From Marsupella aquatica (taxonomy: Eukaryota > Plantae > Marchantiophyta): a stretch of 61,769 bases of DNA. Position numbers and translations under genes: made by a program. Below, in pieces: positions 39,001 to 51,096 of the stretch; the first letter of the stretch is position 1, and every line of letters begins with the position of its first letter. Under the pieces are notes generated by a model. The model was not told the DNA's origin, searched no databases, and saw only the letters and a program-made list of their open reading frames with translations. The stretch is taken from NCBI GenBank assembly GCA_973895155.1, contig OZ316893.1:27029383-27091151 (forward strand). Direction: 5' to 3'.

Positions 39001-40833
39001 TTAGAATGCCAAAACAGACCAGATTGGCCTGAATGGCAAAAAACTATAAATGGAGAATTAGGTTCCCTACTCAGCAGACACACTTTTGGCCCAATCGAGC
39101 CAACACCGCAAGACGTACACCTAATTGGCTACAAGTGGACATTTGTCCGCAAAAGAAATGATAAAGGCCAAGCGGTACGCTACAAAGCCCTTTTGGTAGG
39201 GAAAAGATTTACCCAACAACCGGGAATTCATTACGATGAAACTTACTCACCGGTTATGGATAGCACAACATTCCAATACCTTATCGGATTTGCCATTTTC
39301 CATAAACTACAAATGCGACAACTGGATGTTGCAACCGCATATCTATATGGAACTTTAGACACTTGTCTATACATGCGATCACCTCCTGAGTTGGAGCAAC
39401 GACGCCGAGCTTTAGCTCAAGGCGCTAAATCGCATATTCCATATTTACATAAGATTATAACACAATTATCTCAAGTTACACCTCATGTATCATCTACACA
39501 TATAACTCATAATAAAGACACCGCTGTGTCAACCGTATGGAATACTCGCCGCGGACTAGCTATCCGCGTGTTGAAGGCATTATATGGCCTGAAACAAAGT
39601 GACAGAGTATGGTATCAAAGATTTACTGATGAAATGATTACCATGGGTTTTACCCATGTTGCAATTACCCCATGTTTATTTATTAAACATATGGATGACG
39701 AATATGTCATCGTTTCTATCTATGTTGATGACTTAAACATATTTGGGACACCCCAAATTATCGAAGATACTATTACTCGTCTTAAATCAACATTTGAGAT
39801 GAAAGATCTTGGACATACAAACTTTTGCTTAGGATTACAACTGGAGATCTTACCTACTGGCATGATGCTCCATCAAACCACACAAACCGAAAAGATCCTA
39901 AAACAGTTCAATATGAACCTAGCACACCCATTGACGTCACCAATGGTTGTACATTCATTAGAAAACAATACTGATGTTTTTATCCTAAAATAGTTCAATA
40001 TGAACCTAGCACACCCATTGACGTCACCAATGGTTGTACGTTCATTAGAAAACAATACTGATGTTTTTCGCAAACGCGAAGAACATGAATCACTATTAGG
40101 ACCAGAAACTCCGTATCTTTCTGCGATAGGAGCATTAATGTATCTAGCAAATCAGACACGACCAGACATTGCATTTGCAGTTAACTTACTAGCTAGACAT
40201 AGTGAAACTCCCACAGCCAGACACTGGAATGGAGTTAAGCACGTATTTAGATATCTACATGGAACCACTAATACCGGGTTATTTTATCCATTCGGTGCAA
40301 ACCACGAGCTCATAGGATATGCGGATGCCGGATATCTCTCCGACACTGATACCGCAAAATCCCAAACTGGATACATTTTTACCATAGGGGGTACCGCATT
40401 TTCTTGGAAAAGCGTGAAACAGACCCTAACAGCAACCTCATCGAATCACTCAGAAATCTTAGCTCTACATGAGGCTAGTCGTGAAACCGTTTGGTTACGA
40501 TCCTTTATAAACCATATCAACACCAAATGCGGCCTACCACCACTAACGAAGCCTACTAACATTTTTGAGGATAATGCAGCATGTATACAGTAGATCACGA
40601 AAGGATTCATCAAAGGCGATCGCGTGAAGCATATAGCTCTGAAATTTTTCTACACCCACGAGTTACATGGAAAAGAGATCAACATTTTGCAGATTTCAAG
40701 TGCAGACAACTGTGCGGATCTCTTCACCAAATCACTACCACCATCAGTTCATCACCGACACTGCCAGGCGATAGGACTACGGAGCGTGCGACGCATGATG
40801 ACCGTGGAGGCTGCTACTCCACATGATACTTGA
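36062..40833 (+). pseudogene. Disrupted gag-pol polyprotein of Bianca element 1
   Basis: Gag MTNLEKLTFPALEIDGGNYLEW...ARQDWLNLRVQDF, knuckle CHECGMTNHLARNC, protease IIDSATTH, integrase WHARFGH..CTAC..HADVCGP..RVDNAGE..NGLAE, RT IYVDDLNI, RNase H GYADAGY..ADLFTK. Eight in-frame stops, a frameshift in the RGG tract (~36860) and an 87-bp duplication. Confidence 0.93.
39895..40068. repeat. In-frame 87-bp tandem duplication in the RT region
   Basis: 39895-39981 and 39982-40068 differ at 2 positions (cag/tag and cat/cgt). Confidence 0.92.
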
Positions 40834-41144
40834 TGATGCTGACGACATGATGCTGACGACCCATTGTTGAGACAGATGTTAAACTTAGATTTACTATAGC
40901 ATCTAACTTTACTTAACATTGACATTTATTACGACGAGGACTGTTAGACTGCACTCTTTTTCCTTTAGCACTCATATTTTTCTCTGCTACACTGGTAGAG
41001 TTTTTACTAAGCTAGAGTTGATAAAAGTTTTTTAACGAGACAATCTACCTCGCTTGTACTTATATCATGTATTTTCTATGAACATGATATAATAGATATA
41101 GTCTATGTTGTCTACATAGTTGTCACTATATATCCAAAGGGGAG

Positions 41145-41252
41145 TGTTAGACTCTACCTGGTGACCGGACGACCGGATCAGCCAGTCACCGGGCCGGCAC
41201 CACTATATGTACCAAACGCCACAGGCTATACATGATTCATTCCATTATCACA
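41145..41252 (+). repeat. 3' LTR of Bianca element 1
   Basis: Preceded by PPT ccaaaggggag and followed by TSD aacat. Confidence 0.95.
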
Positions 41253-41324
41253 AACATGACATTTTTGTGGATACAATAGACAAGAGTGACACTATTATCT
41301 AGTGAGAATCATTTAACTACTCAG

Positions 41325-41882
41325 TAGTTAGAAGTTATAGTGTGCACTTAGAGAGAGACTAAAACATCATTAGTGACAAAGTAGCTAAAAGTTGTAGTGT
41401 GCACTTGGAGAGACTGAAACATCTTCAGTGACAAGTAACTAAAAGTTGTAGTGTGCACTTAGAGAGACTAAAACATCTACAGTGACAAAGTAACTAAAAG
41501 TTGTAGTGTGCAAAAGTTGTAGTGTGCACTTACTTAGAGAGACTCAAACATCGTCAGTGACAAAGTAACTAAAAGTTGTAGCGTGCACTTAGAGAGACTG
41601 AAAAATCTTTAGTGACAAAGTAACTAAAAGTAATAGTGTGCACTTAGAGAGACTGAAACATCGTCAGTGACAACGTAGCTAGAAGTAGCTAGAAGTTAAA
41701 GTGTGCACTTATAGAGAAAAAAAGTAGCTAGACGTAGTAGTGTGCACTTAGAGAGACGGAAACATCTTCACTGACAAAGTAGCCAGAAGTTGTAGTGTGC
41801 ACTTAGAGAGAGACAGTTTGGAAGGACAAAGTAGCTACAGTAGAAGTTGTAGCGTGCACTTAGAGAGAGAGACAGTTTAGAA
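41325..41882. repeat. ~55-60-bp minisatellite, about 10 copies
   Basis: Unit agttgtagtgtgcacttagagagactaaaacatc.tcagtgacaaagta(g/a)ctaaa. Confidence 0.92.
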
Positions 41883-42013
41883 GTGCAGTCAATTCACTGT
41901 ACATTTTTGGGCCTTCGATAGTACGCTGCTTCGACTTTATCGCCACGACCATGCCTCCACCGAGAAATGCCGATTCGTCGTGTAAATTGTCAAGTCAGTA
42001 TGGTCCTGAGCAT

Positions 42014-42178
42014 CGAGGGGCAGTAGGGGTACAACACCACCGTTCCGCTGCTGAATTTTCACAGTGGAGTGGAGCTTGCTGCCCACAACAGGGATGAGGG
42101 GCAGGAGGGGTACAACACCACCGTTCCGCTGCTGAATTTTCACAGTGGAGATGAGCTTGCTGACCACAACAGGGATGA
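42014..42178. repeat. 81-bp tandem duplication
   Basis: gaggggcag.aggggtacaacaccaccgttccgctgctgaattttcacagtggag...gagcttgctg.ccacaacagggatga occurs twice. Confidence 0.9.
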
Positions 42179-42183
42179 ATCGA

Positions 42184-43300
42184 TTTGCTGCTGAGATTGG
42201 AGCTCTCTAGCCATAGTTCATCGTCCGAGACGTCTTGATTAACAGTGAATTGATTTTAGCTCGAAAAATCCCGCTTTCTCTCGATCACTCCTTCATGTTC
42301 AGCTGATGATTTCGAAAGATTTTGATCGTGAGAAGTTTACTACATTTTAGTCACGGGCTGGTGAGTAGATTTTTCACGGTCTCGCCGTGCTGAATTGAAC
42401 TACTGTCTGTTTCTCTTTTCTGACTGGTTTCTTTGCCCGTAATCCTACAGTACTTGTAAAGTTTGCGCCATCCTAAGAAGTACTTCTATCTAGTGAATTC
42501 GTTTCAGATTTTCTGGAGGAAAGAGCAGTGTAATCGGGCTCCTCATGTACTGGTTAGGATTGGGCCTTGTCTTTATCTGACAACTACGCCGTTGATCTTG
42601 TCCAACTGATCTGTGGGTATTCTATCGGTTCTTCATCGAATTGTGCGGCCTGAGGCTTTCTTTTAGGCAAAAGCTACTTTATCTTCGAGCACCTCTGCCA
42701 CTCGTTTTGCTGTCCTCTTTCTAAGCCCGTTCCTTCCCCTCTGAATCCGTCGTTTTGCTGCTGAGATTGGAGCTCTCCAGCCCTAATTCATCATCCGAGT
42801 CGTCCTTGATATACCGTTAGCTGATTTTAGCTCGAAGAATCCCGCTTTCTCTCGATCAGTCCTTCAAGTTCACTGATGATTTCGAAAGAGTTTGATCGTG
42901 AGCAATTTACCACGTTTTGGTCACGGGTTGGTGAGTAGGTTTTTCTCGATCTTCCCGTTCTGAATCGAACTGCTCTATATTTCTCTTATCTAAGTTACTA
43001 CGCCCGTAATCGACTTGTAAGTTTACGTCATCTTAAGTACTTCTATCTCGTGCCTTCGTTTCAGATGTTCTGGAGGAAAAAGAAGTGTAATAGGGCTCCA
43101 GGTGTATTGTTTAAGATCGTCCCTATCTGACAACCACACAGGTGATCATGTTCAACTGATCTCTCTTTTATTCTACCGCTTCTTCATCGAATTGTGCGGC
43201 CTGAGGCTTCTTTTAGGCAAAATCTACTATGTCTTCGAGCACCTCGGCCACTCGTTTTGCCTGTCCTATTTCCAAATCCGCCCTTCCCTTCTAAAATCAG
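42184..43300. repeat. ~570-bp diverged tandem duplication upstream of TANGO2
   Basis: Copies start tttgctgctgagattggagctctc at 42184 and 42755, share gtcacggg.tg|gtgagtag and ttcttcatcgaattgtgcggcctgaggctt, and end in ccactcgttttgc. Confidence 0.9.
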
Positions 43301-44423
43301 TTTTGGTTCCCATCGACGGAGATGCAGTGCCCTAAAGTAACATAGTGTAGAAAGCCCTGTCTTTTGATTCTTTGGTTCATCCTAGCCTTTAGAAGTTCAA
43401 CTACTTGACACTAAGTTCGACGTAACAGAAAGCCGTCCCATATTTCTGTACGACAAACTCCTGTGTTTCTCCTTTTCTCAAAGCTCCATCTATCTTTGAT
43501 ATTGAGGGATGATTGAAGTGCTGTTTCGATCCATTTTGATGCTTACTTCAATCTCTTTAACTTTTTCCCGGATGTAGTGACGGCTTGAAGATGATGCAAC
43601 GCCGAAAGAGGTGCTACTTGGAGAGAAAAGCTGCGCTCCTTCACCTGTCAGGTATTTGCATTGCAATTCCCAATCATCCATGACAACTCAGAATTAGAAT
43701 TAGGCGTGGTGTGTGCCTGAGGACTTTTCCCCAAACCTTATCCATGGAATCTCGATATTGTTCGGTCCCATGGACTGTAGTTGAAAAGGTTAATTGTCTG
43801 GCCCCAGCATCCGTGAGCGAGTGTGCAACTGAAGAACGTAATTATGCCGCTTGTTTTCGAACTCTCTAGAGCAAAAAGAGCAAGAGCCGTCACCGTACCC
43901 TCTTTTTAACCTGTGTCGTTAGCAAAGAGGAGATTTGATCGCATGCGCCAAATAAAAACTTTTTGCCTAACAAATACGGAGTACTGCGTACGAAGACCAT
44001 AAAATTTTCCACCCTTTTGAATGGCCAGTAGATTGTGGTCCGGAGATATTACAATATGTTGACTAGCACAAGTTCACTTCATTTCGATTGCAACAAATTG
44101 AATAGAGATGATGGGGACAAGTCCATTAAATTTTCATTCCGAGAGGTGATCTAGTCAGATTTGGAGCAAATAACTTTACCAACTTTGGTCGCGAGGAGTT
44201 GGACAGTTTTGGGTCGCAAGAGGCTCAGCAAAGTTTTGCTAGCGGGATGCGATTTCCACAAGCTTACTAGATTGGATGGCCAGAAGATCTCAATCTGGTC
44301 TCATCAGATTGAACTGTTTTGGAATTCAAACCAGCTTCCCAAGCCTTGTGAGACCGAGAAGCCCAAGCGCGCAGGGAAGGTGTAGGGAAGGGTTTCTTCG
44401 TCTTACACAAGTGGACAGGCAGC

Positions 44424-45326
44424 ATGTGCATTGCATTCTGGCTGCTGGACGAGCATCCAGCCTTCTGGCTAATCCTGGCTCTCAATCGGGACGAATACCT
44501 AGCCCGGCCGACTCTTCCGTTCCATTTCTGGGGAGAAGATGATGATGTCGGAGGAGGAGACAGAAGAGAAAAAATTCTCGGGGGCAGAGATTTGCTCAGT
44601 GGTGGCACATGGATGGGCCTCACGAAGACCGGCCGCCTCGCATTTCTCACGAATGTCCGTGAGAAAGGTTGGGATGATCGCCCCAAGCGCATCAGCCGAG
44701 GCGATCTCCCTACCCGATTCCTCAGTGGTGATAAAACTCCTAGCGAATTCGCCGACATGATCGGGCTTGAGACCGACAATTACAACGGGTTCAACCTCGT
44801 GGTTGCAGATTTCACCCATGGCGAAATGGCTTTCGTCTCCAATCGCCATGGCGACCACGACGCCGCCAACCCCACCGTCGTGCGGAAGGTCCACCCGGGA
44901 CTGCACGCTTTGAGCAACGGCACGCTGGATGGCAAATGGCCAAAGATGGAAAGGGGAAAGAAATTGTTCGCTGAGATCGTCGTCCTCCGGGAGGACGACG
45001 GTGTCAGGTCCGTGCCCAGCGACAATGGAAACTGCGTTGTACCGATCGTGCGGATTGTGGAGACGGTGCTCCGTGATGGGGTGCGGGCAAACGATGTCTC
45101 ACCGCAGATGAGAGAGACGAAGTGCGGAGAGGATTTGGAGGTTCCCTTGAGCTCCATCTTTGTGGAGAGGGAGGATGTTGGGTATGGGACTCGGAGCATG
45201 ACTGTAGTCGGAATTCGGAGGGATGGGCTGGTGTCCTTGTTCGAGAGGTATTTGGAAGGCGGCGAGTGGAAAGATCATTTGTTTCAATTCCAAGTCGAAG
45301 ATGGGAAGGGCAAGCTGAGTAATTGA
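44424..45326 (+). CDS. TANGO2: TANGO2 / NRDE-family (DUF833) protein, single coding exon
   Basis: 300-aa ORF starting MCIAF.. with LALNRDEYLARPT, GGRDLLSGGTWMG, GRLAFLTNVRE, SRGDLP, YNGFNL, LSNGTLDGKWPK, SSIFV and YGTRS, the family's conserved blocks. Confidence 0.95.
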   Translation: MCIAFWLLDEHPAFWLILALNRDEYLARPTLPFHFWGEDDDVGGGDRREKILGGRDLLSGGTWMGLTKTGRLAFLTNVREKGWDDRPKRISRGDLPTRFLSGDKTPSEFADMIGLETDNYNGFNLVVADFTHGEMAFVSNRHGDHDAANPTVVRKVHPGLHALSNGTLDGKWPKMERGKKLFAEIVVLREDDGVRSVPSDNGNCVVPIVRIVETVLRDGVRANDVSPQMRETKCGEDLEVPLSSIFVEREDVGYGTRSMTVVGIRRDGLVSLFERYLEGGEWKDHLFQFQVEDGKGKLSN

Positions 45327-47379
45327 GCCTCATGAGGCCATCTGTGTGCGAGCCAGTTCATTTCATCTTCCTTCAACCAGGTCGTCCTCGGATCATGAAG
45401 ACAAACGCTTCAACGATATCGTGGACAATCTCAATCCAGCTGAAACCCATTTCCGAGTCGGTAATCTTTGACATCCATCTGTGAATAATCTTATAGAAAA
45501 ACGCTGTCATTTACTTTTCCCTTTAATTAAGTCGATCATACTATGTCGTAAAGTTCTTCTCAACCATGCGATGGATAGACAATCTCAGTCTGGCTGATGG
45601 TGGAGAATACATCTCGTCTTGGTGGGCATCTATGATAAAATCAATCCGAAATAGGTTTGTACGCCACACTACTATTGTGATCTGAAGGGTTTCAGCAATT
45701 TCAGGCAATGGATTATGAGCTCTGTTCGAGAACTGCCGTCCTTGCTCTCTTCCTTAAGCCCATATTCGGATCCTGGAAAGTTTTCAAAGATCGGCAAGGA
45801 GCTGAGTTCGTCCAGCTGATTTCAGTCCATATGAGCAGTCCTCTCAAGGGTGGTGAGGTTTAAATGACTTAAATGTTTATAGTCCAGCTGTAGCTTTGTT
45901 CATATAATTCCCGTAACTTTCAATTTGTAAATAGAATCCTGTCTGTGACTGGTTTCACACGATTGACCAGCTCAGTCAATCAGGCACTTTAGTCTATTGA
46001 TGAAGTTTATATTCACAGGGAACCAATCCTTCAATCTGTGATAGTGGTTTCCGGTGAAAGCTTTTCCATTAGAACTCAGAGAGAACTTTGAACCAAGTGT
46101 TCTTCAAGTCAATATGATGGTCGTTTAAAAATGCGGGAAACTACTTCCTTCAACATTCCGTTCCATTCCACTCCTTGTCCAATCGATCAACCTGGACTGA
46201 TTTCGTCATTGACCAAACGGAATAGGGCTGAATCTGAGTAATTATGAAACTCTCGATTGAACAAGGATCATCCGCATATTTAACCGTTAAACTTTCGGCA
46301 AGATTTGTTGTAACTGCATTTAATGCTTTAGAACTTCCTTGGCTTGGGAACACAAAGAACACATTTAAGCAAATTCGTTCATGGCTCTCAACTCTGTGGT
46401 TGCAACTGGAATCATCTTAACACTGATTTTCCTGCTATACTTGCTTATTCAACCCCGATTACTGTCAGAGTGATTTTCCTAATTTCAGTTCTGTATCCCA
46501 TACTCAATTCCCTTAACAAAATTCTGTTGGGAAGAATTTTTTAATTTTGTTTAATTTTGTTTAATTTTGTTTAATTTTCTGTTGGGGAGATTGTAACTAG
46601 TTTGTCCTGCTAATGTAGCTTGTTATTCAAGGTTATGCTCAAGTACCACGAACAGGTTACATGCAGGTTTCATTTCAGGTATGCGAAACTTTTGACGCCC
46701 AAGCATGGTAAATGAGGCTTTGACATATGACATGGATGACGACCTTCAAGCTCGAAGACCGTCCTATTTACAGCCATCCTGAAAACTCTGGAATGACTGG
46801 AGCTTTCCATGATCAAATTCCATCCACGACAGCCGTATTGTAGTAGTATTCTGTTCTCATCCTTCATTGTTTGCAATCAAAAATCACTAGCTGAGTCTTG
46901 GGTGAGGGATTCAAATGCTGAAGTGACTTTCGTCCTTGACGACCAACATATAAAGCGACACCGCAGAAGACACAATGAGCCCACGGATCTACAATATGAG
47001 TTGAGGGATTGGGAAGCACAGAGCAGGTCCCCTCTGTTTTCTTTTGGGCAACTACAATGGTACTAGACACTCGGTAATTGAGCTGGTGCAACTACACTTT
47101 AACACTGTCTCCATGGAGGCTTTTCAATATATGGGCAGGCGGATGGAGGCTTACTATCCTTCCGAACATGGCAGAGTGTACCATGCTGTCACACCACGGA
47201 GGAATTATGGTGGGGCACATGAAAGCCTAAGAAACGGCACTAATCCCGGCCACCCTTGGCACAGAAGAGCAGATGCCACTCACTGGAGCGACAACAGCCA
47301 GCAGATTTTCAATGGCAGCACCACATTGAGAACGACTTGTCCCAATACTTAAGGAGCCCTCCAGACAAGAGACGATGAA

Positions 47380-49500
47380 TGGTTAAGATCTCACGAATGC
47401 CTACAAGTTGCAGCAAATTCAGAAGATCAATGGCCGCCTAACGACTATGTCACAATGGATTGGTCTATCCATGAGGTAGCCATCACCACCAAACAGCTTT
47501 GGGACAAAGCCTTGATTTGCCACTTCGAAGATCGGGCACCGCTTCTTCACACTTTCAAAGAGTGGGTAGCGTCAGAATTGGAGTGTAAGTCTCATTGGCC
47601 TATCACGCATGTCAACTTTGTGGGGAAACGTTTCGTCTTGGTTGTAATTGAACGACTGGACCACAGGGAACTAGCTTTATGTCAGACTCCCTGGTTTTTT
47701 GAACCAGGAGCTGTATACATGTTCCCATGAGACCCTTCTTTTGGACATCTGGACTGAGACTTATAAACGTTGCTGTATAGACTGAAATACCTTCCAGGGC
47801 CTTGATTCTGGAGAATTGTAGGAAGACGTTGGCTGCATCATTGGGGAAAATACTATGTTACATGCAGAGTGATGATTTCCCTTCCTATCCCCATGATAGG
47901 GCATGCAACTGTGGGACACGAGCAGGAAGGTCTCAGAGACCGTGGAAGTAAAACTCTTCCCGGAAGTGTCCAACTGGCAACCAGTGGTCTATAGGAACAT
48001 TGGTTTGCATCGCTTCTGCTGCAACGGGCAAGGCCAATTTTAATGACTGCCAACAGGTAGGGTCAGACAATGGAGAGCCAGTGGAGAGCCAGTGTAGGCA
48101 GATGAACATTCTACAGCAACTCTTGAAGAAGTCGAAAAGCTACATCCACATACCGAACACAAGGAGCAACTGATTTCTGAAACAATAGGGCTCCCAGGCA
48201 GTCGAGATCATGAGTCCTACAAAAACAGGAACTCCTAAAGTGCAAGACTCCATTATGAGCCAGGACCATTTGGACGGAAGCAGGTACAGGAATCCAGCCG
48301 AGACAAATTTCAGAAGCAAGCCAAGATCAGTACAGTTCTACCGAGGTACTTCCAGTATCTCCTTCTCCTATTGATCCTCTCAACACTTCTATTTCACCAA
48401 CACAGGCTGTACTCACTCCCAATCGATTATCCACTAAGCCTGTGCAGTCATCAAAGGACACTTCAATGGAACCCTCAGTTGTACAGCAGTACGCGAACTA
48501 GTAATCGACAGAAGAAACTCTCATTCTCAGAATACTGCCAGTGCAATGGAGGACTCTCTTTTCCCCTATAATTCCAGGTACCCATTTAAACCGTCTAGAG
48601 CAAGGAAACTTGGCTTTCGAACTTCGCCAGAAACAGACTTCAAATATGTCACCTTCCCTACTGTAAGAAGAAGAGTGACCATTCATAGCTTAGACTTGAC
48701 TCATTCACATGGCCAATTGGCGTTGTCGGCTTTGTTGAACAATTGATCTCGTTCATCGTGACAACACGAAAATATTCTGACGTCCTTAAGAGATGAACAG
48801 TTTATGGTTCGTGAGACGGATTCATGGGCTTGGTGTTGTGCATTTTGTGAAGTTGATCTTGGGCACAATTGGTGCAGAGCAACAATAAGCACGACTTCGA
48901 TCCTGGTCGCTGCTGATGGTTAGCTTTATAGTGTTTGTGATCGTCTCTGATCATTGTTGGCTGCTTTGGACTTTTTATGGCAGTTTCCTTCGTTGGTGTG
49001 TCTGTGTTGGCATTTCTTTTGTGAATAGGAGTGAACTCGTTTTGAGTCCGATCTGGATCATACATCTTTCTGATGATTTCTCTCTTTTTCTCCTTGGTCT
49101 TGGCCATCCTTTGGCGGTGGCAGTGAGCTTCAGGGCCCCCTTGCCAATTGAACACAAAACACAAAACCCACCAAACCTGGCAGAGCACCATTCTTTCGTC
49201 ATTGAGGAAAGTTGTCCATGTCTAAAATCCACTCCGGATTGGAATCACAACTTAATCATGAGAAACAAAAGATGTCCATAGTTAAATCCTCCTTTCTAGT
49301 GAACTGTTGCTTTCACATTTCCTCTAATTTTTAGAATCGAATTCAAATGGTCTAAGATAAGGAGAAATTACATACATCAATATATTACACTGGAGACATT
49401 CGTAAATGATTTGAATTGGGATCTACTATAACCTGTAAATTTGTCTCTTGGCCTTCCCCCATATCTCATGAAACCAGTGAATACCAGTTTCTCTGTCCCA
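47380..49500 (+). mobile_element. Decayed L1-type LINE (ORF1 DUF4283/zinc knuckle plus ORF2 remnants)
   Basis: LWDKALICHF..FKEWV..FVGKRFVLVVIERLDHRELALCQTPWFF (DUF4283-like, 47455-47730), a knuckle-like FCCNGQG at ~48012, and VSDHCWL (end of APE endonuclease) at ~48945. Confidence 0.7.
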
Positions 49501-51096
49501 ATGCCAAGCGGACAAATAGTCCAACAGAGAACTTTTCCACTAATGTTTGTAGCTACAGTTGTATGCTCATTTGTGTTGTGTCTCTGTTTTGCATAGCAAA
49601 CAGGGATGGGTGAGCTCCGAGGAAGGGGCTAATGGCAGGCATTGGAGGGGGCGTTGGAGTGATGTCACAAGTACTATAGGACTGACAACATAGAGAGACT
49701 GGGTCAAGGTAAACAAAGTGAGTTTGGCCTTGGGGGATACGAAGAGGTCACCATGGTTGGCTGGTTTGGTGGGGTTAATGTCACCACTTGCCTGGGGCTA
49801 CCAGTAATTATCAACGAGTACGGGGGGCAGGTTTCCAAATTATGGCCAAGAGGGGGGGGGGGGGGGGGGGGGGGTGCGCGGGGGATGGGGTTATGGAAAG
49901 AGAACCAAATGAAGGGATTTCTCAATGAGTTGCAGCTTATTTCTCACAGGCTCTCACCAATGGCTGATGGTGCCCAGGGCTCGAACTTGGTTGGTGTCTG
50001 GTATGAATGATCAGGTTTGCTTTCAGATAATGGCTCAATGCAAAATCAAAATTTTCTAGATTGCATTTCTTAACTTGAAAAAATGCATACACTATTACGT
50101 TAATGTTTTCATCAAAATTCTTATAAAACTTCCTATTATATGCATCATATTTTCAGGCTTCACAATAACTACCTGTGTTAAGTGATTGAACTTCTAATAA
50201 TATTTACTTTCCTTTTGATCTTGCAATGACTACGAATTCTTTCTCGTTTGATCTTTCCATTTTCCCCCCTTTGAGAACACTTGGATCTTTTATTAAAATG
50301 TTAATTGAAAATGTTTCTTTATTTTTTATTATTCAATTGTTAATTGTTAATTAAAATTTAGTGCATAAAGACTTGGCAACCGACAGACAAGAATGAGCAG
50401 TGCCAAAATCATCTGGACCTGAAAGGAAAGTTGCAGAAAAATGTTAAGAAGCTATCTTTCTGCTGGAAGTTCTTTGGAGATAATCTTATAAGTTAGGTGA
50501 GCTCTTGAAATCAACGGCTGCTATATATAGAAGAGTGTTGATGTGCCACTAGCACCGCCGATCATGAAAAAGTCAGTTTCCTGTCTGACTCATTGGCCAG
50601 AGTGAGAAACAGCCTGAAAAACCTTATTTGAGGCAAAGTGGGCGCAACAATATGTTTTGGCTATGTAGAGGCCAAGCAACAGAAAGATTGAGAAAACTTT
50701 TTGGTTGGGAGAAACTTCAATTGTGACACTCAAAAGTCTGGAAACAAGTAAAAGTAAACTGTTGCAATTTAGAACCTGGAACCAAGTTATTGCGGACATA
50801 ATTCAGTTTGTGCGACAAATAATTAATTACAAAGCTTTGGTGCCCAGAACAAAAATGGGAGGATCCAGAGACAGTAGGCTAGAAAAAATATGCTGGCAGT
50901 TTGGGGAAAAGAGAGAGAAATTTACATTCCAGGTCTGGCAACCTGAAATACCTCCTATGAGGCAAAATCCTCAGGAAAACGGTCTTATTTGTTGAAACTG
51001 GCTGCCAATGCATTTTTTGCAAGGTATAAGTGAGATATTGGAAAAAATAGACATAGTTGGTCCATCTGGGCACCTTGTCTAATGTTCAGAGATATA

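Larger units (their letters stand above)
34236..41252 (+). mobile_element. Full-length Ty1/copia LTR retrotransposon, Bianca lineage
   Basis: 108-bp TG...CA LTRs at 34236-34343 and 41145-41252 (1 mismatch). AACAT TSD at 34231-34235 and 41253-41257. PBS CGTTATCAGCACGA, PPT CCAAAGGGGAG. Domain order gag-PR-IN-RT-RH. Confidence 0.97.

Noticed and set aside
36287-40593. U-to-C RNA editing as the explanation for the stop codons
   Set aside because: Such editing is known from organelles. The element also has a frameshift, and cytosine deamination explains the pattern more simply.
41325-41882. CRISPR-like periodic array
   Set aside because: The whole unit repeats with no unique spacers, there are no cas genes, and the context is eukaryotic. 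It is a minisatellite.
44267-45333. Overlapping antisense ORFs across TANGO2
   Set aside because: Shadow frames of a GC-rich coding sequence.
46150-46362. YADD as a reverse-transcriptase active site
   Set aside because: No flanking RT motifs (such as QG.PLSP) at the expected spacing.
49852-49874. Long poly-G runs (also 14309-14320 and 25533-25551)
   Set aside because: Homopolymer expansions inside decayed repeats; no evidence of function.
49940-50040. tRNA gene on the minus strand (B-box-like GTTCGAGCC)
   Set aside because: No cloverleaf and no clear A box; at most a decayed SINE.
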